A stretch of DNA of 43,170 nt, taken from Chitinophagaceae bacterium. Its GTDB lineage: Bacteria > Bacteroidota > Bacteroidia > Chitinophagales > Chitinophagaceae. This document shows, piece after piece, positions 18,687-27,400 of this stretch. The position numbers and the translations under genes were made by a program. The notes beneath the pieces are model-generated. The model was given only the letters and a program-made list of their open reading frames with translations. It was not told the DNA's origin and did no database searches. The stretch covers positions 1-43,170 of the forward strand of contig JBPCQG010000116.1 in NCBI GenBank assembly GCA_050998315.1, written 5' to 3'. Position 1 is the first letter of the stretch. Each line of letters begins with the position of its first letter.

Positions 18687-20320
18687 GGAATAAAGTTTTG
18701 AAGGTTCATCCAAACGACAATGTAATTGTAGCATTACAGGATATTGCTAAAAATGACTCCATAACTTATAATGGAAACACCTTTAAAATAGTTGATGATA
18801 TTCCTGCCAAGCATAAATTTTTTGAGAATGATATGAATGCAGGTGATGAAGTTCATATGTATGGAGTGTTAGTCGGTAAGGCTCAAAATTTTATTTCACA
18901 AGGTGGATTGATGACCACATCAAACATAAAGCACGCTGCTGATCCTTATGAATATCGTGGGTCAAATTATCATTGGCAGGCTCCTGATGTTTCTAAATTT
19001 AAAAGCAGAACTTTTAATGGCTATCACCGCGGTGATGGAAAGGTAGGCACGGCAAATTATTGGTTGTTTGTACCAACCGTTTTTTGTGAGAACAGGAATA
19101 TGGATGTAATTAGAGAAGCACTTCATAATGAATTGGGTTATGAAGTAACTGATAAATACAAGCAATATGCTCACAATTTAGTTGAGGCTTACAAAAAGGG
19201 TGTGCAGGTTGAAAATATTGAAATTGGGCAAACCCTGCCACAGCTTAAAAGAGTGTTTAAAAATGTAGACGGCATAAAATTTTTAAATCACCAGGGTGGC
19301 TGTGGTGGTATCAGGCAGGATTCAGCTATACTAAGTAAATTACTTGCTGCTTATGCCGATCACCCAAATGTTGCGGGAGTAACTGTTTTAAGCTTGGGTT
19401 GTCAGAATTTGCAAACAAATGATTTTTTAAACGACCTGAAACAACGTAATCCAAATTTTGATAAGCCTCTTTATATTTTTGAGCAGCAGCAATCACAAAG
19501 CGAAGAGCAATTAATATCTGATGCGATAAAAAAAACATTTGAAGGTCTTATAGAGATAAATAAATTGGAAAGAAAACCTGCATCACTTGATAAATTATGC
19601 GTTGGCGTTAAATGCGGCGGCAGCGATGGGTTTAGTGGCATATCTGCAAACCCTGCAGTAGGGTATTGTTCTGATCTTTTAGCTGCGTTAAATGCACAGG
19701 TTCTTCTTGCAGAATTTCCGGAATTATGTGGAGTAGAACAACAATTGGTTGATCGCTGTGTTGATGAACCTACCGCCAGAAAATTCATACACCTGATGAA
19801 GAGCTATGAAGCAATTGTATCAAGAGTGGGTTCGGGATTTCACATGAATCCTTCTCCCGGAAATATAAAAGATGGGCTGATAACAGATGCGATAAAAAGT
19901 GCAGGTGCTGCCAAAAAAGGAGGAACGTCACCAGTGGTTGATGTACTTGATTATACAGAGCCGGCAACAAAACAGGGATTGAGTTTGGTATGCACACCCG
20001 GAAATGATGTAGAAGCCACTACAGGAAAAGCAGCTTCCGGCGCTACCTTAATCCTGTTTACCACAGGACTTGGCACCCCAACCGGCAACCCTGTTTGCCC
20101 AACAATTAAAGTAGCAACCAATTCTAAGTTGGCAAAAAGAATGGGAGATATAATTGACATTGACACAGGTGCAATAATTGAAGGAGAAAAAACAATTGAG
20201 CAGATGGGTGAGGAGATATTGGAGTATTGTATAAAGGCAGCAAGCGGAGAAGTAATACCCAAAGCTGTGCAATTAAACCAGGATGATTTTATCCCCTGGA
20301 AAAGGGGCGTGAGTTTGTAA
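18683..20320 (+). CDS. uxaA: Altronate dehydratase
   Basis: SAF-type N-terminus, HQGGCG, KCGGSDGFSG, NPSPGN..DG and FTTG.GTP motifs; 4-nt overlap with uxaB. Confidence 0.95.
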   Translation: MRNKVLKVHPNDNVIVALQDIAKNDSITYNGNTFKIVDDIPAKHKFFENDMNAGDEVHMYGVLVGKAQNFISQGGLMTTSNIKHAADPYEYRGSNYHWQAPDVSKFKSRTFNGYHRGDGKVGTANYWLFVPTVFCENRNMDVIREALHNELGYEVTDKYKQYAHNLVEAYKKGVQVENIEIGQTLPQLKRVFKNVDGIKFLNHQGGCGGIRQDSAILSKLLAAYADHPNVAGVTVLSLGCQNLQTNDFLNDLKQRNPNFDKPLYIFEQQQSQSEEQLISDAIKKTFEGLIEINKLERKPASLDKLCVGVKCGGSDGFSGISANPAVGYCSDLLAALNAQVLLAEFPELCGVEQQLVDRCVDEPTARKFIHLMKSYEAIVSRVGSGFHMNPSPGNIKDGLITDAIKSAGAAKKGGTSPVVDVLDYTEPATKQGLSLVCTPGNDVEATTGKAASGATLILFTTGLGTPTGNPVCPTIKVATNSKLAKRMGDIIDIDTGAIIEGEKTIEQMGEEILEYCIKAASGEVIPKAVQLNQDDFIPWKRGVSL

Positions 20321-20322
20321 AG

Positions 20323-20354
20323 CTCTCTATCCCTATACCTCTCTATCCCTATAC
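20323..20354 (+). repeat. Perfect 16-bp tandem duplication right after the uxaA stop
   Basis: CTCTCTATCCCTATAC twice. Confidence 0.8.
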
Positions 20355-20630
20355 AAAGAACATTTTTAAAAATTTTATTCTAGCCTGGTTTTTGTTAATG
20401 ATGAAATGAATATTACCTCGCCCAACAAAAACAGCTATCATAATCTATTAAAATTAGTGTCATTAATTTGTTTTATCTGTATCGGAAAATAACCAGTATC
20501 TCGATGGGAAATAAAAGCCCATATTAGAAAATAAAAAGCCTATAATTAAATATCTGTAATTAAATTGGGAGCTAGAAAATTTTGATTTGGTTAGATTAAG
20601 TTTTTACTATATCTTGCTAAAGGCAATTTT

Positions 20631-20730
20631 CCTAAGCATTCTTCCTATTCCTCCCAAGTATTTTTCCTAATTGTTTCTACCTAAGTATTTTACCCTAAAG
20701 TATTTTGCCTAAGTATTTCCTAAGTTATTT
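20631..20730 (+). repeat. Degenerate CCTAAGTATTT direct repeats in the leader of the DMFase-like gene
   Basis: About six copies starting at 20631, 20653, 20680, 20694, 20708 and 20719. Confidence 0.7.
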
Positions 20731-20751
20731 CATCAACCCAAAACTACTTTT

Positions 20752-23007
20752 ATGAATCCCAATTCACCAAACAACTCTTCTAGAAGAAAATTTATCCTCA
20801 ACACTTCCCTGGCAGCTACAGGATTCTTTATCGTACCCGATAATGTATTAGGCTTTGCTCCCAGTAGCAGGGCATTCGCAGACAATCCGATCCACCTGGA
20901 GAACGCCAAAGCAGGAACCACTACGTGGCAGCTCACGAATCCGGCGCTGAACCGCGAGGTTGAGGGCTACGCCTCGCTCACGAGTGTGAACCGCGGAGGA
21001 GCGATCAAGTTTTTCATCAGCGTTGCTCAAGCGCAGCAGGTTAACCTTCAAATTTACCGAATGGGATGGTATGGCGGCAATGGCGCAAGGCTTCTCGGGC
21101 AGGCCAGCATTGCTGGGATTAATCAGCCCACGCCGACACACCCACTTTCGAATGCCCTCGTCGAGTGCAATTGGGTAAGCCATTACACTCTTAACATCCC
21201 CAATAACACGTCGGACCCAACTGACTGGGCAAGCGGAATTTATCTGGCAAAGCTAACGGCAGCCACTAGCGGCAAGCAGAGCTACATCATCTTCGTCGTA
21301 CGCGACGATTTGCGCACCTCGGACTTCCTCTACCAGGCGAGTTTCGCCACCTATCAGGCGTACAATAATTGGCCTTACCAACGCACAGGCCCAGGCTGCG
21401 GCAGCATAGCATGCTATGGTAGCAGGTCCCTGTATCCCCATAACAGCGACCAGTATGGGTCGGCATGGAAGGTGTCTTTCAACCGGCCCTTTGCGGTCGG
21501 CATTGCACCAGGCAGTGAGATAGGCGTAGGTGCCGGGGAATTTATCACCACCCTTCAACAAGGGACTAGTCTGGATGCAGCAGGCTGGGAATACAACATG
21601 GTGCGTTGGCTCGAGATGAAGGGCTACGACGTCACTTATGCAACTAATATTGATACTCACGAGAAAACAGACCTGCTCCTGAACGGCACGACCAGAAAGC
21701 ATAAAGGCTTTTTATCCGTAGGTCATGACGAATATTGGTCATGGCAAATGCGCGACCAGGTGGAGCAAGCTCGTGACAATGGGGTAAGTCTTGGCTTCTT
21801 TTCCTCTAATGTTTGTTACTGGCAAATGCGTTTGGAGCCCAGCAGTATAATACCAACACAGCTAAACCGCACAATGGTTTGCTATAAAAATGTATCGGGT
21901 ACAAAGGATCCCTATGCGATCGATAAAAATTCAAGCAACGACCGTCTCACGACCACATTGTGGCGCAACAGCCCGGTGAATAGGCCCGAGGCGGCTATGG
22001 TCGGTGTGATGTACTGGACCGGTATTTGGCATGTGGATATGGTCATTACGAACCCGAGCCACTGGATCTGTGCGGGCACCAACCTTGCATTGAACGAGGT
22101 TCTGCCAGGACTCATCGGATATGAAGTTGATGAAGTAGTTGCATCATCGCCTACGAACATCGGAATTATTGCACACTCGCCGGTGGGGAACGGGCGTTTT
22201 GCGGACACGACAACCTATACAACCCCCGGCGGCGCAGTGGTGTTTGGCGCTGGGAGCAATCAATTAAGTTGGGGTCTGGACGATTACAACGCAAGTGGAC
22301 CATCCCCACTGCGTCCTTCAAGACTCAACCCGAAATTCCAGCAGATGGTAATCAATCTTCTAACGCGTATGATTGGCAACCAACCACCGCCTCCGCCACC
22401 CACATCAATTAATGCACCAAGCGGATTAAATGCTGTATTAGCATCCGGCAATTCTGGACAAGTGCAACTCAGTTGGGTGGATAATTCCAACAACGAGCAG
22501 CTTTTCCACATTGAGCGGTCTTTGTCACCATCTGGCGGATTTACCGAGATTGCTCAGGTGAATGCCAACGTCACCAGTTACACGGACAAGGGCGACAAGA
22601 ACACAACCTATTACTATCGCGTTCGTGCGTCGAGTGGGAGCACCTTCTCGGCCTATTCCAGTACCGACTCTTCGGCGAATCGCATTGCTGATGCAAAAGG
22701 TGAATCATACGAAGCCGCCCGTGGAGAAAAAGATTCGGACATTAACATTCGGGCAACAGAACTGAACATCAAAGCAGTTCCCAACCTGTCTTCCGGAGGA
22801 TTTAATGTACAAATAGAAGCTGGTTCATCTGGTAAGATCACGATGCGTGTTATAGATATACGGGGAAGGCTGTTAGAACAACATCAAAATGTGAAGCCGA
22901 ACCATGTATTACGCATTGGTCAAAATTACGTAGCTGGTATTTACTTTATAGAAGCAATCCAAGGTGTAAAAAGGGACTTGGTGAAATTGGTAAAATTTAA
23001 TAATTAG
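20752..23007 (+). CDS. Secreted N,N-dimethylformamidase beta-subunit-like protein with FN3 and a T9SS C-terminal domain
   Basis: SRRKFI twin-Arg signal; YRMGWYGG, TYQAYN, VSFNRP, GHDEYWS and GYE.D motifs; poly-Pro linker; FN3 (LSW.DNS...YYYRVRA); C-terminal PN...G.YF...KLVK sorting domain. Confidence 0.78.
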   Translation: MNPNSPNNSSRRKFILNTSLAATGFFIVPDNVLGFAPSSRAFADNPIHLENAKAGTTTWQLTNPALNREVEGYASLTSVNRGGAIKFFISVAQAQQVNLQIYRMGWYGGNGARLLGQASIAGINQPTPTHPLSNALVECNWVSHYTLNIPNNTSDPTDWASGIYLAKLTAATSGKQSYIIFVVRDDLRTSDFLYQASFATYQAYNNWPYQRTGPGCGSIACYGSRSLYPHNSDQYGSAWKVSFNRPFAVGIAPGSEIGVGAGEFITTLQQGTSLDAAGWEYNMVRWLEMKGYDVTYATNIDTHEKTDLLLNGTTRKHKGFLSVGHDEYWSWQMRDQVEQARDNGVSLGFFSSNVCYWQMRLEPSSIIPTQLNRTMVCYKNVSGTKDPYAIDKNSSNDRLTTTLWRNSPVNRPEAAMVGVMYWTGIWHVDMVITNPSHWICAGTNLALNEVLPGLIGYEVDEVVASSPTNIGIIAHSPVGNGRFADTTTYTTPGGAVVFGAGSNQLSWGLDDYNASGPSPLRPSRLNPKFQQMVINLLTRMIGNQPPPPPPTSINAPSGLNAVLASGNSGQVQLSWVDNSNNEQLFHIERSLSPSGGFTEIAQVNANVTSYTDKGDKNTTYYYRVRASSGSTFSAYSSTDSSANRIADAKGESYEAARGEKDSDINIRATELNIKAVPNLSSGGFNVQIEAGSSGKITMRVIDIRGRLLEQHQNVKPNHVLRIGQNYVAGIYFIEAIQGVKRDLVKLVKFNN

Positions 23008-23024
23008 TTTTAACACGAACATCT

Positions 23025-23058
23025 AATGAGGCAGTAGATATTTACTGCCTCATTTATT
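23025..23058 (+). terminator. Intrinsic terminator hairpin
   Basis: Perfect 12-bp stem AATGAGGCAGTA / TACTGCCTCATT, 17 nt after the stop. Confidence 0.8.
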
Positions 23059-23369
23059 ATATTATAAATAAGTAAACGTAAAATGCATTAGTCGCCACAG
23101 CTGTCACGCAGAGCCAATGTACAGTATATGCGGATTCTTTTATTGTTTTCCAACAGATTTAAAATAATTCCTTGTAGTCTGATGGATAAAGGGATGTTTG
23201 CTGCCCCAGCCGCCATAGAGTAATGATTTTCGTATCATAATATTGATTGTTTATTGGTTTTGAAATGAAAGTAAATACTTGATTAAGTTTATTTGTTTCA
23301 TGCAGTCATTAATGTTTTGTGCTTGTTCCTTTTTATGTTCGTTGATATTATCCGTGTTGTTTTCTTCTT

Positions 23370-23593
23370 GCCGTGTCTCCCCCAGGAGTCTTGTTTATAG
23401 TGAGAATAAGATAAAACAATCTTACTTTAGAATTGTTGCCGTGTCCTGCCCAACTACAAGCTATGAGAAGAGACACGGCTGTGGATGAAAGTCCGATTAC
23501 TGTTCTAACAGCCATCAATCTAAGATAAAAACAAATCTCATTTTAGGATTGTCGCCGTGTCCTGCTCGGCACAAGCTATAAAAGAGACACGGC
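23370..23593. repeat. Two 73-bp direct repeats with internal GCCGTGTC/GACACGGC palindromic arms
   Basis: Copies at 23407-23479 and 23521-23593; an extra arm GCCGTGTCTC at 23370-23379. Confidence 0.8.
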
Positions 23594-23595
23594 GT

Positions 23596-23669
23596 GGAGA
23601 AGTAATTCCAAAGGCTGTTCAATTAAACAAGGATGATTTTATTCATGGAAAAGAGGAGTAAGTTTGTGA
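23596..23669 (+). pseudogene. Diverged duplicate of the last 24 codons and stop of uxaA
   Basis: Aligns to 20246-20320 (GEVIPKAVQLN.DDFI.WKRGVSL*) with a 1-nt deletion. Confidence 0.88.
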
Positions 23670-23687
23670 ATTCACACTTTGTCTAAA

Positions 23688-23849
23688 ACCCTCTGTCTCC
23701 CTAAAGGGAGAACTTAGGTTTGAAATAATTTAATTTTTTTAATAGCTTTAATTGCTGATAGATATTTATAGATGATGTGGGGGATAAAATATTTGGATAT
23801 GTACTGAAGCACCTTCCCTCTCTGAAGGAGAGGGATAAGAGGGTGAGGC
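23688..23849 (+). repeat. ~162-bp REP-doublet element, copy A
   Basis: Hairpins TCTCCCTAAAGGGAGA and CCCTCTCTGAAGGAGAGGG plus tail GAGGGTGAGGC; homologous to 26040-26202 on the minus strand. Confidence 0.82.
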
Positions 23850-23866
23850 CTTTTAAAGTTCATAAC

Positions 23867-25267
23867 ATGAAAAAATTCTTAGGAAAAAATTTTCTACTGC
23901 AAAGCGCTATTGCAAAAAAATTATATCATGATTACGCAAAAGGAATGCCTGTGATAGATTATCACTGCCATCTTCCGGCTGATCAAATAGCCAATGATAT
24001 CAACTTTGAAAATATTACACAGGCATGGTTGTATGGTGATCACTATAAATGGCGGGCAATGCGTACCAACGGCATTGATGAAAGTTATATTACAGGTAAT
24101 AAAACTGATTACGAGAAATTTGAGAAGTGGGCTGAAACCGTTCCCTTTACATTACGCAATCCCCTTTACCACTGGACTCATTTGGAATTACAGCGTTATT
24201 TCGATATTGATGAAGTCCTAAATTCAAACAGCTCTAAAAAAATTTATGCTGCATGCAGCAGCAAACTGCAATCAAAAGAATATTCCATTCGTAACCTGTT
24301 ACGGAAAATGAATGTAAAAGTTGTTTGCACTACAGATGATCCTATTGATACATTAGAGCATCATCAAAAAATAAAAAAGGATGGATTTGAAATAAAAATA
24401 CTTCCTGCCTTTCGTCCGGATAAAGCGATGAATGTTGATGATGTTGCCGGCTTTAATAATTATGTAGAAAAGTTGCAGGCAGTAAGCAATACAAATATTA
24501 ATTCTTTTGAATCTTTTTTAGAGGCATTAAAACTGCGTCATGATTTTTTTGCGTCGGTAGGATGCACAGTTTCCGATCATGGTCTGGAACATCTTTTTGC
24601 AGAAGAGTATACAGATGCAGAAGTTGTTGCCGCATTTTATAAGATACGTGATGGAAGGGAACTCACTTCAGACGAAACAGGAAAATTTAAATCTGCGATG
24701 CTTCACATTTTTGCAATTTGGGATTGGGAAAAAGGATGGGTACAGCAATACCATGTAGGCGGTTTAAGAAATAATAATTCAAGAATGTTGGATATCATCG
24801 GTGCAGATACCGGCTGGGATTCTATTGGAGATTTTCACCAGGGAAAGTCTATGTCTAAATTTTTTAACCGCCTTGATTCGACTAATCAGTTAGCAAAAAC
24901 GATTTTGTATAATCTAAATCCTGCAGACAATGAATTGACGGCGACAATGACCGGTAATTTTAATGATGGCTCCGTTGCAGGAAAAGTTCAATGGGGTTCT
25001 GCATGGTGGTTTTTAGATCAGAAAGATGGAATGACAAAACAGATAAATGCCTTATCAAACATGGGATTGCTTAGCAAATTTGTAGGCATGCTCACTGACT
25101 CAAGAAGTTTTCTTTCATTTCCACGCCATGAATATTTCAGGAGAATATTATGTAATTTATTTGGAGAAGAAATTGAAAATGGCGAATTACCTCACGATCT
25201 AAAATGGACAGGGAAAGTTATTGAAGACATTTGCTATAACAATGCGAAGAATTATTTTGAGTGGTAA
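23867..25267 (+). CDS. uxaC: Glucuronate (uronate) isomerase
   Basis: DYHCHL, GDHYKWRAMR, NPLYHWTHLEL, AWWFLDQ and GMLTDSRSFLS motifs. ATG 23867 preferred because the upstream extension is repeat-derived. Confidence 0.97.
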   Translation: MKKFLGKNFLLQSAIAKKLYHDYAKGMPVIDYHCHLPADQIANDINFENITQAWLYGDHYKWRAMRTNGIDESYITGNKTDYEKFEKWAETVPFTLRNPLYHWTHLELQRYFDIDEVLNSNSSKKIYAACSSKLQSKEYSIRNLLRKMNVKVVCTTDDPIDTLEHHQKIKKDGFEIKILPAFRPDKAMNVDDVAGFNNYVEKLQAVSNTNINSFESFLEALKLRHDFFASVGCTVSDHGLEHLFAEEYTDAEVVAAFYKIRDGRELTSDETGKFKSAMLHIFAIWDWEKGWVQQYHVGGLRNNNSRMLDIIGADTGWDSIGDFHQGKSMSKFFNRLDSTNQLAKTILYNLNPADNELTATMTGNFNDGSVAGKVQWGSAWWFLDQKDGMTKQINALSNMGLLSKFVGMLTDSRSFLSFPRHEYFRRILCNLFGEEIENGELPHDLKWTGKVIEDICYNNAKNYFEW

Positions 25268-25294
25268 GCGAATTCGTTCGCCATAAATTTTATC

Positions 25295-25302
25295 TAAATT
25301 TG
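25295..25302 (+). promoter_or_regulatory. Bacteroidota -7 box upstream of the hicB-like ORF
   Basis: TAAATTTG, 13 nt before ATG 25316. Confidence 0.45.
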
Positions 25303-25315
25303 GGAAAAAGCAGAT

Positions 25316-25468
25316 ATGAAATTAAAAGTAATTATTCATGAAGCGGAAGAAGGCGGTTTGTGGGCAGAGATACCTGCATTGCCGGGGTGCGTTACTCAGG
25401 CTGAGACCATCGAAGAATTAATCCCAAATATTTATGAGGCAGTAGAAGGCTGTTTGTCAGTGCAATAA
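25316..25468 (+). CDS. hicB: HicB-family antitoxin, 50 aa, orphan and probably truncated (absent from the ORF track)
   Basis: Hand translation [50 protein letters not shown], matching the EEGG.W...P.LPGC.TQ..T.EE HicB signature. Confidence 0.8.
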   Translation: MKLKVIIHEAEEGGLWAEIPALPGCVTQAETIEELIPNIYEAVEGCLSVQ

Positions 25469-25530
25469 AACTACTCTTTATTATAGTTCTTTTCCCTTTC
25501 TTTATTGATTCGAGAAAATCTTCTCCATAT

Positions 25531-25560
25531 CCTCCCCTATCGGGGGAGATAGAGGGGGCT
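25531..25560. repeat. Single REP-like hairpin between convergent genes
   Basis: CTCCCC-TATCG-GGGGAG followed by ATAGAGGGGGCT; resembles one end of the 162-bp element. Confidence 0.7.
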
Positions 25561-26013
25561 TTACATCTTCACTTTCATCACAAGTTTCTTTATTTCTCCT
25601 TCGCCAATCATTGGTGCATGAACATCTTCAGGGAAAAAGATGGCAAACTGGTTATCCGTTAACTCAAAATACATATCAGGGACATCGTTATAAAATACAA
25701 CATCTTTCTCTGCATTGTAATCTCCCTTTTGTTGTATGCAGGTGCTTCTTGATTTCCATCCGAATTGTTCCTTCCCTTTTATGCAAAGTTGTATGTCGAT
25801 ATGTTTATCATGGCATTCAAATTTTGCAGCAGATTCTTCAGCCGTCATTCCCTTTTTATTGGAAGCAATAGCTCTTAGGTTATCTCCGTCAATTTCAAAC
25901 TTGCCATCTTCAATTGTTTCAAGATTTTGCGTTTTGATGTATTCAAATGCTTTCGCAAACAATGGGTGAACACTGTTGTATTTTTCTGAGTTGGAGAGAG
26001 TATCTATTATCAT
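25561..26013 (-). CDS. YhcH/YjgK/YiaL family protein (cytoplasmic)
   Basis: ExH.K.IDIQ...G.E and FAIFFP.D.HAP motifs. Confidence 0.9.
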   Translation of the reverse strand: MIIDTLSNSEKYNSVHPLFAKAFEYIKTQNLETIEDGKFEIDGDNLRAIASNKKGMTAEESAAKFECHDKHIDIQLCIKGKEQFGWKSRSTCIQQKGDYNAEKDVVFYNDVPDMYFELTDNQFAIFFPEDVHAPMIGEGEIKKLVMKVKM

Positions 26014-26039
26014 GAATAATTTTTATTAAATGCGCATAA

Positions 26040-26202
26040 GCCTCACCCTCTTATCCCTCTCCTTTAGAGAGGGACGGTACATTTGAATATATCCTTGCAT
26101 TATATCTTCCACATCATCTATAAAAAACTATCAACTATAGGAGTTCTATATCCGCATCAATCTTCTTTTTTTCCTCTCCCTTTAGGGAGAGATAGAGAGG
26201 GT
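26040..26202 (-). repeat. ~163-bp REP-doublet element, copy B
   Basis: Reverse complement aligns without gaps over the last 96 nt with copy A and shares the first hairpin. Confidence 0.82.
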
Positions 26203-26217
26203 GGAGAATGAGTGAGG

Positions 26218-27243
26218 TTATCTCTGCACCCTTCCGCTTGCATCACCCTTCATCAATTCCTTAACATCATTTAAAGTAGCATGGTTTAAATCGCCGGGAA
26301 TTGTATGTTTTATCGCAGAAGCGGCAACACCAAATTCGGCAGCATCCTTCATTGCCATATCTGTAACTAGTCCATAAATAAAACCGCTTGCGAAGGAATC
26401 ACCGCTGCCAACACGGTCAACAATGCGAACTTCATATTGCTTTGTATGATAAAATTCATTGCCATCATACACTAATGCACTCCAGCCATTATCAGATGCA
26501 CTGTGACTTTCGCGTAATGTAGAAGCAATATATTTAAAGCCAAACTTATCTTTCATTTGTTTAAAAACATCTTTGTATCCCTCAAGATTTAGTTCGCCTT
26601 TTGTAATATCAGTTCCGGCGCTTTTAAAACCGAGTGTTGTATCAGCATCTTCTTCGTTGCCAATGCATACATCAACATGTTTACAAAGTTTTGTCATTAC
26701 CTCTCTTGCTTTTTCTTTACTCCATAATTTTTTGCGATAGTTAAGGTCAATGCTTGTTGTTATTCCTTTTGCTTTGGCAGCTTTTAATGCAGCTTCAGTA
26801 AGTGTTGCAGACTTATCACTTAACGCAGGTGTAATGCCGGTTGTGTGAAACCAATCTCCACCATCTAATATTTTATCAAAATCAAATTCAGCAATATCCA
26901 CTTCCGAAATGGCTGCATCGGCACGGTCGTAGATAACCTGTGATGCTCTCATGGATGCGCCTGTTTCTAAAAAATAGATGCCCAATCTTTTTCCCCCACG
27001 GGCAATAAACTGCGTGTCTACTCCATATCTGCGTAAATGATTTATAGCAGCTTGTCCTATTGCATTGTCAGGAACTTTTGAAACGAATGTTCCCTGCAGA
27101 CCATAATTACAAAGCGCTGCAGCCACATTGGCTTCACCACCTCCATAGGTAACATCAAAACTATCGGACTGCACGAATCTTTTAAAATCAGGAGTAGAGA
27201 GCCGGAGCATTATTTCGCCAAGAGTTACAACTTTTTTAGCCAT
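26218..27243 (-). CDS. kdgK: 2-keto-3-deoxygluconate kinase (PfkB family)
   Basis: GEIMLRL, GGGEANVA, DLNYRKKLW and DRVGSGDSF motifs; hexuronate context. Confidence 0.9.
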   Translation of the reverse strand: MAKKVVTLGEIMLRLSTPDFKRFVQSDSFDVTYGGGEANVAAALCNYGLQGTFVSKVPDNAIGQAAINHLRRYGVDTQFIARGGKRLGIYFLETGASMRASQVIYDRADAAISEVDIAEFDFDKILDGGDWFHTTGITPALSDKSATLTEAALKAAKAKGITTSIDLNYRKKLWSKEKAREVMTKLCKHVDVCIGNEEDADTTLGFKSAGTDITKGELNLEGYKDVFKQMKDKFGFKYIASTLRESHSASDNGWSALVYDGNEFYHTKQYEVRIVDRVGSGDSFASGFIYGLVTDMAMKDAAEFGVAASAIKHTIPGDLNHATLNDVKELMKGDASGRVQR

Positions 27244-27327
27244 GATTGATTAATTAGTAAGTGAGTATTTTTGTCTGAATGCAATCTCTCAAATATCTTT
27301 CATATTTATTTAAGCAACAAAAAAGAA

Positions 27328-27345
27328 TGTGGTAACGATTGCGTA
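27328..27345. promoter_or_regulatory. Possible LacI-family operator between divergent kdgK and eda
   Basis: GGTAACGATTGC pseudo-palindrome with central CG. Confidence 0.4.
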
Positions 27346-27400
27346 AATAAATACTGCAATTTTGTTCAATTCAAATATCATTGTTTATCAAAATAAATTT

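Noticed and set aside
23279-23488. 69-aa ORF in the ORF track
   Set aside because: TTG start, runs through repeat DNA, no recognisable motif.
23370-23593. Possible CRISPR array or integron attC sites
   Set aside because: Only two 73-bp units, no regular repeat-spacer series, and no cas or integrase gene in the window.
23777-23866. N-terminal extension of UxaC
   Set aside because: It is a translation of the REP element; ATG 23867 fits the usual UxaC start.
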